Shown: positions 35,942-45,901 of the stretch, in pieces | Numbering within the stretch: position 1 is the stretch's first letter | How the letters are laid out: the number at the start of each line of letters is the position of its first letter | Source of the DNA: Pseudobdellovibrionaceae bacterium | GTDB taxonomy: Bacteria; Bdellovibrionota; Bdellovibrionia; Bdellovibrionales; Bdellovibrionaceae | Reading direction: 5' to 3' | Length of the DNA: 64,000 bases | Assembly: GCA_039810425.1 (NCBI GenBank) | Contig: JBDHWW010000015.1 | Coordinates: forward strand, 1-64,000 | Program-made: the position numbers and the translations under genes | The notes under the pieces: generated by a model | The model's input: the letters and a program-made list of their open reading frames with translations, nothing else | Databases searched by the model: none | What the model was told of the DNA's origin: nothing

Positions 35942-38900
35942 TAAGCCGAATCATAGCATTTTCAATTTATAATAGAATGGCCGTGCTTGCTATTACGGTG
36001 GGGATCGCTATTGCGGGTTGGATCACCTTTGAGAATTTGCCGATCGACGCAGTTCCAGACGTTACGAACAATCAAGTTCAAATCAACACCGAGGTCGATG
36101 GTCTTTCACCAGAAGAGACGGAAAAGAATGTCACCTTCGTGATCGAAACAGCCATGAGAGGGCTCGCTGGGGTCAATGAAGTGCGCTCACTCACGCGCTT
36201 CAATCTCTCGCAGGTTACAGTCATTTTTGAGGACGACGTTGACATATATCGAGCACGTCAGCTTGTAAGCGAACGCCTGCAATCTGTTTCCGGCTCTCTG
36301 CCGGCAGGCATTCGTCCTGAACCTGGCCCTATCAGTTCCGGCCTTGGTGAAATCGTTCACTATTCCGTTGAAGCGGAGAAAATTGAAAGCGGAGACAAAC
36401 GCCTTGAACAGTTGATGGAAATGCGAACGATCCAGGAATGGTATGTGAAGCCGAGACTTCTGACCGTGAAAGGTGTTGCGGAAGTAAATACCATCGGCGG
36501 ATTCGAGAAGCAGTTTCACATTCAGCCGGACACGCAAAAGATGGCGAGATACGGAGTTCAGTTCTCCGAGATTATAGATGCAATCGAGCGCACTAATAAA
36601 AATCTGGGCGGCGGATATGTTCAGCAAACCGGAGAACAGTTTCTCGTTCAGGCGGTCGGACTTCTTCAAGACATGGAGGACATCAAGTCAGTACCTTTAA
36701 AGTCTCTTGAAAACTTTAAAACAATCACCATCGGAGATGTCGCCAACGTCAGACTAGCGACTGAGCTTCGATCTGGTGCGGGACTTGTTCGAGCACGAGA
36801 AGCCGTAGTTGGCACCGTGATGATGCTCATGGGGGAAAACAGCCGAACAGTTGCTATTCGAGTAGCGGATCGCCTTAAGGAAGTTCAAGAGGGAATGCCA
36901 AAAGGTTATAAGATCGAGACCCTTTACATTCGCTCAGATCTTGTGAGTTCTACCATTGGAACAGTTGAGCATAACCTTTTAACGGGCGCATTTCTTGTCA
37001 TCGTGGTTCTTGCTCTGCTGATGGGTAACATCCGCGCTGCAATTATCACGGCAGTCACCATTCCACTTTCCCTTCTGATCTCATTTATCGCGATGAGATA
37101 TTTTAACATTTCAGGGAACTTGATGAGTCTCGGTGCCCTCGATTTCGGGATCATCGTTGACGGAACTGTTATCCTCTTGGATCACTGCGTTCGGGTTATT
37201 CAAGATCGTTCAACCGCGCTCAAGCGAACTCTCACAAAGGAAGAACTTCAGAAAGCCATTTACGATGCCACAGTTCACATTCGTACTGCGGCGGGATTCG
37301 GACAACTTATCATCGTTGTGGTTTTCCTACCTATTTTTTCACTTGTTGGCGTTGAAGGTAAAATGTTTCGGCCAATGGCTGCGACCTTCATTATCGCTAT
37401 TGTCGCGGCGCTAATTCTGTCCTTCACGACCGCACCAGCACTCGCAAGCATTTTGATGACAGGAAAAGTAGTCGATAAAGAACCTTGGCTGATGAGAAAG
37501 CTAGAGAAACTTTACGCTCCAGTCTTGGCGTTTGTTCTTCGGCACCGTCTTGCAACCGCAGGTGTCGGCCTTGCAGCCACTGTTTTAGGAGCAGTTCTTT
37601 TCATGCGCTTAGGGGGCGAGTTTCTTCCTCAGCTCGACGAAGGAACGCTTCTTGTTCAGACAACTCGTCCGGTGAATGTCAGCATTGATCAGTCAGTCGT
37701 GCTTCAGGCAAAAACCGAGGAAATAGCTTCAGATTTCCCCGAGGTCGCATTTACTTTCTCGAAAATCGGCACTTCTGAAATTGCAAATGATCCGATGGGC
37801 GTCAACCAAGCGGATACATACGTGATCTATAAGCCAGAGAAAGAGTGGCCGCTGATCGAGGGACGTAAGCGAACTCGCGCGGAAGTTGCCAATGCGATTA
37901 TCGAAAGACTTGATGCTGAATTACCAGGTCAATCGGTTCTCCGTAGTCAGCCGATTCAGATGCGCTTCAACGATCTTCTTGAAGGCTCCAAATCCGATGT
38001 TTCCGTGAAGCTTTACGGTGATGACATGGCAACGCTTTCGTCGATCACAAAACAAATTGCCGCAATTGTAGAGAAAATTGAAGGTGCGGGAGAAGTTGAA
38101 ACTGAGCTCCGCGGAACTTCACCTCTTTTGCGTGTGACGCCAAAGAAAGATGTTTTGCGGTCAATGGGCATTCCTACTCAATCCGTTCTACAGACAGTGG
38201 GTGTTGCACTTGGTGGCGCAGAAGCTGGAATGCTCTATCAGGGCGAACGACGATTTCCAATTTTTGTGCGCTTAAGTGAAGATCGACGATCTGATTTAGA
38301 TGCGATTCGTGGCCTTCCCGTGGGGTATGGAAACAATGCCACCGCACCTTTAAGCGAACTGGCCGACATTAAATTTGAAGAAGCCTACGGAACTATTGTC
38401 CGCGAAGATGGAAAACGTCGCGCAGCAGTTCTTATCAATCCTCACGGAAGAGACACTGAGAGTTTCGTCAATGAGGCGCGCGCCGCCGTGGAAGCCCAGA
38501 TTAAATTGCCTGAAGGCTATTACATCGAGTGGACCGGAACATTTAGGAATCTTCAGACGGCTAAGTCGCGTTTGATGCTCCTTGCACCGTTAGCACTGCT
38601 TCTGGTTCTTATGATGATCTACGCCGCATTTAAGAGCATCGGCGAGACGCTGCTTATCTTCGTTTGCGTACCGATGTCCTTGGTCGGTGGAGTTTTAGGA
38701 CTCATGCTGAATGGGCTTCCGTTCAGTATCACGGCGGGCGTTGGCTTCATTGCGCTTTCGGGAATCGCTGTTCTAAACGGCGTCGTTCTCGTGAACTACT
38801 TCAATGAGCTCCGAAAAGAAAATCTCGGCGCGCATGAAGTCGTGACTCGCGGTGCGCTTCTCCGACTGCGGCCTGTTTTGATGACGGCTCTGGTGGATAT

Positions 38901-39084
38901 TTTTGGATTCTTACCAATGATGATCTCTACTGGAATTGGTGCCGAAGTTCAGAAGCCGTTGGCGTCGGTCGTAATTGGCGGAATTGTTTCGTCAACACTT
39001 CTCACGCTGCTCGTACTACCTGCACTCTACCTAGCTTTCGAACGTCACTTTAAATTTAACAACAATGAAACAAGTCACCTATAG
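35938..39084 (+). CDS. czcA: CzcA/CusA-family heavy-metal RND transporter
   Basis: LPIDAVPDVT, MSLGALDFGIIVDG, RLRPVLMTA, GAEVQKPLA. Confidence 0.93.
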   Translation: MISRIIAFSIYNRMAVLAITVGIAIAGWITFENLPIDAVPDVTNNQVQINTEVDGLSPEETEKNVTFVIETAMRGLAGVNEVRSLTRFNLSQVTVIFEDDVDIYRARQLVSERLQSVSGSLPAGIRPEPGPISSGLGEIVHYSVEAEKIESGDKRLEQLMEMRTIQEWYVKPRLLTVKGVAEVNTIGGFEKQFHIQPDTQKMARYGVQFSEIIDAIERTNKNLGGGYVQQTGEQFLVQAVGLLQDMEDIKSVPLKSLENFKTITIGDVANVRLATELRSGAGLVRAREAVVGTVMMLMGENSRTVAIRVADRLKEVQEGMPKGYKIETLYIRSDLVSSTIGTVEHNLLTGAFLVIVVLALLMGNIRAAIITAVTIPLSLLISFIAMRYFNISGNLMSLGALDFGIIVDGTVILLDHCVRVIQDRSTALKRTLTKEELQKAIYDATVHIRTAAGFGQLIIVVVFLPIFSLVGVEGKMFRPMAATFIIAIVAALILSFTTAPALASILMTGKVVDKEPWLMRKLEKLYAPVLAFVLRHRLATAGVGLAATVLGAVLFMRLGGEFLPQLDEGTLLVQTTRPVNVSIDQSVVLQAKTEEIASDFPEVAFTFSKIGTSEIANDPMGVNQADTYVIYKPEKEWPLIEGRKRTRAEVANAIIERLDAELPGQSVLRSQPIQMRFNDLLEGSKSDVSVKLYGDDMATLSSITKQIAAIVEKIEGAGEVETELRGTSPLLRVTPKKDVLRSMGIPTQSVLQTVGVALGGAEAGMLYQGERRFPIFVRLSEDRRSDLDAIRGLPVGYGNNATAPLSELADIKFEEAYGTIVREDGKRRAAVLINPHGRDTESFVNEARAAVEAQIKLPEGYYIEWTGTFRNLQTAKSRLMLLAPLALLLVLMMIYAAFKSIGETLLIFVCVPMSLVGGVLGLMLNGLPFSITAGVGFIALSGIAVLNGVVLVNYFNELRKENLGAHEVVTRGALLRLRPVLMTALVDIFGFLPMMISTGIGAEVQKPLASVVIGGIVSSTLLTLLVLPALYLAFERHFKFNNNETSHL

Positions 39085-39093
39085 GAGTAAAAA

Positions 39094-39852
39094 ATGAGAC
39101 AACTAATTTTCTTATTAACGACAATTCTAGCGAGTTCCAGCGCATGGGCGCATGGAATTTCAGCCGCAGATCGAGCCGCAATGCTTAGCGGTGGATATGG
39201 AAAGTATGTCTGGCTTGGAGCCAGTCACATGCTGACTGGTTACGATCACTTACTGTTTATTTTTGGGGTCATATTTTTTCTAACGTCTTTCAGAGACATT
39301 GTTAAATTCATCAGCGTGTTCACGTTCGGACACTGTATCACTTTGGTTTTTGCGACCTTCTTTAAGATCACCGCGAACTACTATCTGATTGATGCCGTTA
39401 TCGCACTCAGTGTGATGTACAAAGGTTTCGAGAATATCGACGGATTTAAAAAGTTCTTCGATTGGAAGGCTCCTAGTCTTTTGAAGATGGTCTTTTTCTT
39501 CGGTCTTATTCACGGTTTTGGTCTTTCGACAAGACTACAACAGCTCCCCCTGGGAGATGACAGTTTCCAGATGCTGTTTAGAATCCTCTCGTTCAACGTC
39601 GGAGTTGAGATCGGGCAAATCGTGGCTCTTACCGCAATGCTGATACTACTTAGCGGCTGGAGAAAAGCCGCTGCCTACATGAAGTTCGCAAAAGCTGCGA
39701 ATGTCGGGCTGATCGCCGGAGGAGTTTTTCTGTTCTTCATGCAGTTCCACGGATACTGGCATGGATCTGATCCAGATGCTTTTCCGTTGAATCGTGACGA
39801 TCACTCTCACGTCCATCAAGACATGCAACAAGAAGAAACGAACACTCATTAA
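39094..39852 (+). CDS. HupE/UreJ-family Ni-binding membrane protein
   Basis: AHG, HMLTGYDHLLF, FTFGHCITL, FGLIHGFG, FNVGVEIGQ. Confidence 0.88.
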   Translation: MRQLIFLLTTILASSSAWAHGISAADRAAMLSGGYGKYVWLGASHMLTGYDHLLFIFGVIFFLTSFRDIVKFISVFTFGHCITLVFATFFKITANYYLIDAVIALSVMYKGFENIDGFKKFFDWKAPSLLKMVFFFGLIHGFGLSTRLQQLPLGDDSFQMLFRILSFNVGVEIGQIVALTAMLILLSGWRKAAAYMKFAKAANVGLIAGGVFLFFMQFHGYWHGSDPDAFPLNRDDHSHVHQDMQQEETNTH

Positions 39853-39886
39853 CCGCTACCACAACAACAACGCCAAAGGAGGCAAT

Positions 39887-40231
39887 ATGAAAATCGTAGC
39901 ATTGTTACTAGCACTAGGTTGTGCCCAATACACTTGGGCTCACGGAGAACATCCACCGCAAGTGGCGAAGTGCCAAAAAGCGAAGGCATGTACTGAATCT
40001 GAAGTTCTGGCAGGAGCTGAATCGGCAATCAAATTGATCGCCGCGAAAGATCCTAGCAAAGCCAGCTTCGCATCAGTTAAGCCATCGAAAGCGGAGCTTC
40101 GTGATTTTGCAAAGGGCAAAGAATGGGTCGCAACTTTCAATAGCGAAAGTCAGCCCGAAGGAAAGAAATCCCTATTTGTCTTCATCACACAAGATGGATA
40201 CCTGAATGGTTCCAACTTCACGGGCAAGTAA
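39887..40231 (+). CDS. Secreted small protein (DUF6488-like)
   Basis: AGGAGG SD; signal peptide + HGEH; EW...FN...L.VF...G......NFTG. Confidence 0.65.
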   Translation: MKIVALLLALGCAQYTWAHGEHPPQVAKCQKAKACTESEVLAGAESAIKLIAAKDPSKASFASVKPSKAELRDFAKGKEWVATFNSESQPEGKKSLFVFITQDGYLNGSNFTGK

Positions 40232-40251
40232 CTCAATAATGAAAAAGTTCG

Positions 40252-40287
40252 TCCTCCGCTCCGCGATGATTTTCGCGGAGCGGAGGA
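40252..40287. terminator. Perfect 15-bp hairpin closing the czc operon
   Basis: TCCTCCGCTCCGCGA-tgattt-TCGCGGAGCGGAGGA. Confidence 0.7.
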
Positions 40288-40385
40288 TCTGCGCCCACTC
40301 ATGTCCGGCAGTCATTAAAAGCTGGAAAAAGCCCAATCCCATTCAATTACTTGCGCTTTTTGTTTCAAATTTTTTTAAATACCCC

Positions 40386-40416
40386 TTGACCTTCCAATTG
40401 CTGGAAGCACGAGGAT
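40386..40416 (+). promoter_or_regulatory. CueR-type promoter in front of a 25-codon ORF
   Basis: TTGACC-19-GAGGAT with CTTCCA-N5-TGGAAG dyad; AAGGAG SD, ATG 40447. Confidence 0.65.
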
Positions 40417-40630
40417 GAGGGTTTGTCATAATCAAGGAGAATTAAAATGCTAAATCAACAAGGAGAAATCGACAGAAATACCATTCGCGCCGCCACTTCA
40501 ACAGGCAAACCGTCAGAGAGATGAAGGCGCGATGGACTCTTGGATCTCAAAAATCATAAAATTCAAAAAGATCGTTCTTGATAAGGTTATGCCTTCAGGG
40601 TTCGTAGAAGTTCGCTGGCTTTTTTGACTT

Positions 40631-41455
40631 ATGAAAAAGCTTGAATCCGCTTCGCCCGATTTTCCAACTAGGAATTTCGGTCCTCCTGGAATTGTCACAG
40701 GAGGCATCTTAAATTTTTCTGCGGACATGGTATCAAGAACCCCGCGCACTCACACGGGCCAAGTTCTTATACTTATTCGCTCTGGCGTGATAGGTTACGT
40801 TTTTCAGAACGAGTACCACGTCGTTTCGGCAGGCATGATGATTTTCATTCCTGCCCAATCTCATTATTTTGAACTGTCTTTCAGAGTTGATGTCCTGGCT
40901 TGGCACATCAATATCCCTGTCGAAAAATCGGTAAGAAAACACTGTTTGAGTCCTGAGATTTTTAAAGCACGACCGCTTATCGAGGGCTTTTGCGAGAAGA
41001 TCGTCAGTGCGAAGTTGTCGTCAGCGGACGAAAAAGATTCAACTTTGAAAAGACTGGTTATGGCTTTCATGGATGAACTGGATTGTTCCGAGCCCATCCG
41101 TCATTTAGTTATTCCGGTTCCAAAGTGTCCAAAAATCTTTGAAGTTGCGCACGAAATTTTGATGAGCCCAGGTATCAAGGAAAATATTGATTACTGGGCT
41201 AAGAAGTCCGGGATGTCGAGACGTACCTTTACCGACAGATTTCTTAAAGAGATGGGTTTGTCATTTGTTGCTTGGAGAAAGCGCGTACTTCTTCAGGCAT
41301 CTTTGATTCATTTATCACAGGGGCGAAATGTAAAAGAGATTGCGGACCTATTGGAGTTTTCAACTCCAAGCGCCTTCGTCAATTCGTTTCATAGTCAGTT
41401 TGGTGTTTCACCAAAAAGCTATCTGAAAAAGGAGATCAGGTCCTTGGGAAAGTAG
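40631..41455 (+). CDS. AraC-family regulator (cupin + double HTH)
   Basis: GMSRRTFTDRF..EMGLSF..WR; F.TPSAF...F....GVSP. Confidence 0.9.
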   Translation: MKKLESASPDFPTRNFGPPGIVTGGILNFSADMVSRTPRTHTGQVLILIRSGVIGYVFQNEYHVVSAGMMIFIPAQSHYFELSFRVDVLAWHINIPVEKSVRKHCLSPEIFKARPLIEGFCEKIVSAKLSSADEKDSTLKRLVMAFMDELDCSEPIRHLVIPVPKCPKIFEVAHEILMSPGIKENIDYWAKKSGMSRRTFTDRFLKEMGLSFVAWRKRVLLQASLIHLSQGRNVKEIADLLEFSTPSAFVNSFHSQFGVSPKSYLKKEIRSLGK

Positions 41456-41457
41456 CC

Positions 41458-41859
41458 CTATGAACTTTGCCGGTTTTCAGAAATATCTTCGAGAATCGGA
41501 CACGTTGGCCTGTCGTCACCGTGACAGTGTTTTGCGAGGTTAGATAACGTGTTTTTGATCGCTTGAAGGTCTTGGATTTTTTCTTCCAGAGCCTTGATGT
41601 GGGTCATGGTCATGCTCTTAACTTCGGAACTTGCTCGTGAGCGGTTTCGCCAGAGGCTCACAAGTTTTTTGATTTCCTTCATGGAAAAACCCAAACTTCG
41701 AGAGCGTCTGACGAACGTAAGAATGTGAACGTCATTTTCAGAATACTTCCTATAGCCGGACTCCGACCGGCTGGCTTTAGGGATGATTCCGATTGATTCG
41801 TAGTGACGAATCAATTTTGCATTTACACCGGAGGCTTTCGCCGCTTCACCTATATTCAT
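41458..41859 (-). CDS. cueR: Cu(I)-responsive MerR regulator CueR, copy 1
   Basis: MNIGEAA..SGV..K.IRHYE; CHGDDRPTCPIL metal loop. Confidence 0.92.
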   Translation of the reverse strand: MNIGEAAKASGVNAKLIRHYESIGIIPKASRSESGYRKYSENDVHILTFVRRSRSLGFSMKEIKKLVSLWRNRSRASSEVKSMTMTHIKALEEKIQDLQAIKNTLSNLAKHCHGDDRPTCPILEDISENRQSS

Positions 41860-41865
41860 AATTTA

Positions 41866-41896
41866 AGTTTAAACCTTCTAATTATTGTAAGGTCAA
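41866..41896 (-). promoter_or_regulatory. CueR-type promoter of cueR1 (leaderless)
   Basis: TTGACC-19-TAAACT, dyad ACCTT...AAGGT, 6 nt to ATG. Confidence 0.75.
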
Positions 41897-41959
41897 GGGG
41901 TTGACCGCAACTTCAGTCAGAGAATGGTTAGATTCTCCCGCCGCATTGTATCTATCCTA

Positions 41960-42385
41960 TCAGTGACCGCCGTGACCCTCGTGAGAGTCTGTCGATTTCG
42001 ACGAACCCTCAGATCCGTGCAGCGAAGGATCTTTCATGTATTTCTCAAAGTTCTTTTTGTTCGCAAAGTACATCACATCTCCTGCGTCGTTTGCGGCGAT
42101 GATAGCCGTGGCTTTATCGACCGACTTTTTCGTAAGCGGGTCAGTGGCCGTTCTTGCGGTTTTATCTTCAGAGAGAGTTTTCTTGCAGTTGTCGCAACAC
42201 CCGTAATAAGTTTTGCCGCTCACTTTCACGGGAATTTGTGGCTTACCGAAGTGCTTTTCCGTGACCATGCACACAGTTTCATTCGGAACAACTTTCCAGC
42301 TCATGTCGTGCCCCTGATGGGGCGACTGGGCAAATGCAGTTGCCGAAACGAATACTGAGAATAAGAGTGTCGTGATTGCTTTCAT
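41960..42385 (-). CDS. Secreted YHS/TRASH-like metal-binding protein
   Basis: Signal peptide; VCMV, YYGCC..C, DP.T...VDKA; His-rich tail. Confidence 0.75.
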   Translation of the reverse strand: MKAITTLLFSVFVSATAFAQSPHQGHDMSWKVVPNETVCMVTEKHFGKPQIPVKVSGKTYYGCCDNCKKTLSEDKTARTATDPLTKKSVDKATAIIAANDAGDVMYFANKKNFEKYMKDPSLHGSEGSSKSTDSHEGHGGH

Positions 42386-42475
42386 ATTTTTTTCCTTTTC
42401 TTTTAGGTTAAAGTTCTTCTTTTCTAAATTGAATCCATTTTCTAATTTGAAACTCCTCGCGCAGTGCAAGAGCCC

Positions 42476-44803
42476 TTAGAATTGATATTCAAAGCCAGCC
42501 CCTAAACTATCATTCGTCAGCATCAATCCGGCAGCCCATTCCCATTTCGGTGAATACATCAAAGAGAGCTCAAATTCCGTTTCGTGTTCGCCCCCTTGAT
42601 TGTCCGGTCGCCATGTAAACTCAAGCTCCGAAAACACCGTCTTCGTCCATTGAAATTCGCGCTCAATATCCAATCGAAATTTCCCATCATGATTCACTAA
42701 TAAATTCGTCTCGATCATCATCGGAAGAAAATGTCCGATACCAATTACGCCGTGAGTTTTTTCTCCGTAGGATGTTCCCCCCACGATGAGATTCGTCCAA
42801 TTATTAAACCAACGACGGTAAAAGACATCGCCTTCGTAGTCCCATTCATCCTTGAAGTTATAATCAAAGTTTTTGCCTTTGATATTTGCGCCTTCAATGC
42901 GAGCAGAAAACTCATTCCAGGCTTGAGAGATTCTGAAGTTTCCTTCCATGTGGTTAGAGGAAAGTTCCACGCGGCCGTAATTGAACCAAGGGTCCATGCG
43001 ATGATGATCGTGCTTATCGTGTTCGGCCATTTCGCCCTCTAACGCGAAATTTGAGTATTTAACGACTCTAGCCATACCTGTATCCATGTGGAAGAGGTTG
43101 TGGCAGTGGAGCATCCATTGTCCGACTTCATCAGTGTAAAACTCAATTGTGCGCGAACCCATTGGAGGTACGTCCACGGTATGTTTCCAAGGCGAATAAG
43201 TTCCGTTTTCATTGATGACGCGGAAGAAATGGCCGTGCAAGTGCATCGGATGGTGCATCATGCTGTCGTTCTGATAAGTGATGCGAACAATCTCTCCTGG
43301 ATTCACTGTAAGCAAGCGATCCTCGGAAATCGTTTTTCCATTGATGTGCCATACATAACGTCTCATATCACCGTTAAGAACAAGCTTAAGATCATGGACC
43401 TTCGCGTTTTTTGGGAAATTGATCGGCTCCAACGCCTTCAGTTTATCAACGCTCAATTGTTCGATGACCTTCCCTGATGCCATCGTCATTGGAGTGGCTT
43501 GAGCGCCTTTCATATCGTGACCAGAGTGATCTTCTTTTGCTGGGGTGGATTTCTTGGGCTTAGATTCAGAGTGGTCCATGCTTTTCATTTTCGAGTGATC
43601 CATCCCTTGCATTTTGCTATGGTCCATTTCGCCCATTTTGGAGTGATCCATCTCCTTCATTTTAGAATGGTCCATGTCTTTCATCTGACTATGATCCATG
43701 CCTTGCATCTTACTGTGATCCATACCGCTCATTTTCGAGTGGTCCATTCCACCCATCGCAGAGTGATCCATGCCGGACATATCGTGGTCCATCGTGGCGT
43801 AAAGATCTGGCTTAGGAACATCCTTTGCGAAAACCTTTTCACCCATACCGATGAACGTAGATGCGTAACCAGTTCCGTCTTGGCAGGTTGCGCGCAACTC
43901 GTAATTTTTATGCTCAGGCACCGTGAAAAGTACGTCGTAGGTTTCAGCCATGCCCATCAGAATTTCATTTGTCTGAATAGGTTCAATGTCTATTCCGTCC
44001 GAAGAAATGACCGTCATCGGCAATCCTCCTAACGAAACCTGGAAATAACTTGAAGCGGCCGCATTGATAATTCTGAGACGAATGCGCTGTCCTGGGTGCG
44101 CTTCCAAAAGTTGTGACACGGGTTTACCGTTAATCAAAAATGCGTCGTAGCCAACGTCTGAGAGGTCCATGCCCCCCATGCGTGTCCACTCGTTTTTGAA
44201 TTGGTTCATGAGCTTTCCTTCTTTGATGGCTTCAAAGTAGGATCGCATGGTGCCTTTTTTATAAAGATAGTAGTCGCCATCTTTTTTGAGATTGCGAAGA
44301 ATATGATCGGCGTTTTCATCCGACCAGTCGCTCAAAACAACGACGGCTTCTTTATCTACTTTTATCGTTTCTTTTTTTGGATGAATGACGATGGAACCAA
44401 AGACACCTTTTTGTTCCTGAAGCATCGTGTGAGAGTGATACCAGTAGGTTCCGTTCTGGCGAATTGGAAACTTAAACGTACGAGATTTTCCTGGATAGAT
44501 CGGCGGAGTGTTTACGAACGGAACTCCGTCCTCAAGCGGCGGCAAAAGAATGCCGTGCCAGTGGATTGAAACGTCTTCGTTGGAGTTTTTAAGCTCGTTT
44601 TTGACCGTGATTTCAGCATCATCTCCCTCAGTAAACTCTAACGTTGGCGCAGGAATCCCGCCGTTTACGGTGAGCGCAAAGTCCACGGTCTTTTTTCCAC
44701 TCATGTTGACGGGTTCATTTCTGATCGTCAGTTCATAGCGAACGGTCTTTGCGAAAGACGAAAGCGGGAGAATCATCAAAACAAATAACAACAAACTTTT
44801 CAT
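42476..44803 (-). CDS. Multicopper oxidase with Met/His-rich insert and C-terminal beta-barrel-like extension
   Basis: [25 protein letters not shown] copper motifs; ends GFEYQF. Confidence 0.92.
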   Translation of the reverse strand: MKSLLLFVLMILPLSSFAKTVRYELTIRNEPVNMSGKKTVDFALTVNGGIPAPTLEFTEGDDAEITVKNELKNSNEDVSIHWHGILLPPLEDGVPFVNTPPIYPGKSRTFKFPIRQNGTYWYHSHTMLQEQKGVFGSIVIHPKKETIKVDKEAVVVLSDWSDENADHILRNLKKDGDYYLYKKGTMRSYFEAIKEGKLMNQFKNEWTRMGGMDLSDVGYDAFLINGKPVSQLLEAHPGQRIRLRIINAAASSYFQVSLGGLPMTVISSDGIDIEPIQTNEILMGMAETYDVLFTVPEHKNYELRATCQDGTGYASTFIGMGEKVFAKDVPKPDLYATMDHDMSGMDHSAMGGMDHSKMSGMDHSKMQGMDHSQMKDMDHSKMKEMDHSKMGEMDHSKMQGMDHSKMKSMDHSESKPKKSTPAKEDHSGHDMKGAQATPMTMASGKVIEQLSVDKLKALEPINFPKNAKVHDLKLVLNGDMRRYVWHINGKTISEDRLLTVNPGEIVRITYQNDSMMHHPMHLHGHFFRVINENGTYSPWKHTVDVPPMGSRTIEFYTDEVGQWMLHCHNLFHMDTGMARVVKYSNFALEGEMAEHDKHDHHRMDPWFNYGRVELSSNHMEGNFRISQAWNEFSARIEGANIKGKNFDYNFKDEWDYEGDVFYRRWFNNWTNLIVGGTSYGEKTHGVIGIGHFLPMMIETNLLVNHDGKFRLDIEREFQWTKTVFSELEFTWRPDNQGGEHETEFELSLMYSPKWEWAAGLMLTNDSLGAGFEYQF
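43568..43792 (-). repeat. Ten MDH(S)xMxx units (~24-nt period) inside the oxidase
   Basis: [23 protein letters not shown] ... MDHSE. Confidence 0.9.
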
Positions 44804-44811
44804 AAAATTTC

Positions 44812-45297
44812 CTATTCGAGTCTTTTCAAGATGGTTTTCATTTTCTCAATTTCGTCATGTTGTGCCTTGATAATATCGGCGCAAAGGCTTTTTAGCTCTG
44901 CGTCTTCAAGCTTACCTTCCTGACACATCAAGATCGCGCCTGAGTGGTGCGGGATCATAGAGCGGACAAACTGTTTATCCCCAACGAATGTCTGCTGACG
45001 GATGAAAATAAAAGACAGTACGAAAATCAAAATCGAAACGCCGGAGAGTGCAGCGTTTAGCTTTTTGTTTGGATACATTTCCTTCATCAGAAGAATCATT
45101 ATCACAACAGAAGGAGCGACCATCCAAAGCGTCATGTAGAGCGCATTAACGTTCATGAAAATGCTGCTGGCGGCATCAACCATCAGAAAGTTCATCCCGT
45201 ACATAAAAGCAAAATGCAGGATGGTCATCAGGGCGAGACCCGTATAGGGGTTTAAGCCTTTGTGCTGTTGATGCGAATTGTGATTGCCGTGTTTCAT
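44812..45297 (-). CDS. DUF305-family (CopM-like) membrane protein
   Basis: [15 protein letters not shown]...L...II.AQ..EI..M. Confidence 0.85.
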   Translation of the reverse strand: MKHGNHNSHQQHKGLNPYTGLALMTILHFAFMYGMNFLMVDAASSIFMNVNALYMTLWMVAPSVVIMILLMKEMYPNKKLNAALSGVSILIFVLSFIFIRQQTFVGDKQFVRSMIPHHSGAILMCQEGKLEDAELKSLCADIIKAQHDEIEKMKTILKRLE

Positions 45298-45321
45298 GTC
45301 ATCCTCGTTGGTTTTGTGGTT

Positions 45322-45714
45322 TTATTTTTTCTTCGTAAAGTCCTCTAAAATGGGGCACGTCGGTCTATCATCGCCATGACAGTGAAGCGCAAGATCCACT
45401 AAAGTATTTCTGATGGATTGAAGGGCTTGGATCTTGTCTTCTAATTCTTTTACATGAGCCAGAGTCAACGCCTTCACGTCCGAACTCTTTCTTGAGCGGT
45501 TGCGCCAGAGACTCAGAAGCTTCTTAATATCTTTCATGGAAAAGCCTAAAGTTCTAGCGCGTTTCACAAAACACAAGGTGTGAACGTCGCTCTCGCTGTA
45601 CGTTCGATAGCCGGATTCTGAACGGCTGGCTTTGGGGATGATTCCAATAGATTCGTAGTGACGAATCAACTTTGCATTTACTCCTGAGGCTTTCGCGGCT
45701 TGACCTATATTCAT
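45322..45714 (-). CDS. cueR: CueR, copy 2 (heads the oxidase operon)
   Basis: Close paralog of 41458-41859; CHGDDRPTCPIL. Confidence 0.92.
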   Translation of the reverse strand: MNIGQAAKASGVNAKLIRHYESIGIIPKASRSESGYRTYSESDVHTLCFVKRARTLGFSMKDIKKLLSLWRNRSRKSSDVKALTLAHVKELEDKIQALQSIRNTLVDLALHCHGDDRPTCPILEDFTKKK

Positions 45715-45720
45715 GATTCC

Positions 45721-45751
45721 AGCGTAATCCTTCCAATAGTTGGAAGGTCAA
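45721..45751 (-). promoter_or_regulatory. CueR-type promoter of cueR2 (leaderless)
   Basis: TTGACC-19-TACGCT, dyad CCTTCCAA-N3-TTGGAAGG, 6 nt to ATG. Confidence 0.78.
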
Positions 45752-45831
45752 GAGGGCTCTGCATGAACATGGCGCAACATATTGAAACAGCGCGTAAATT
45801 CTCGGAAGATTACAATTCTTTGGATAGTCTA

Positions 45832-45862
45832 TTGACCTTCCAATGCTTGGAAGGTGCAGAAT
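45832..45862 (+). promoter_or_regulatory. CueR-type promoter of copA
   Basis: TTGACC-19-CAGAAT; ACCTTCCAA-tgc-TTGGAAGGT perfect dyad. Confidence 0.85.
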
Positions 45863-45901
45863 GAACTCAGATTAAGGACATTTGCATTCAAGGAGCAGTA
45901 T

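Noticed and set aside
43499..44032. 177-aa repetitive plus-strand ORF
   Set aside because: Antisense shadow of the MDHSKM repeat in the multicopper oxidase.
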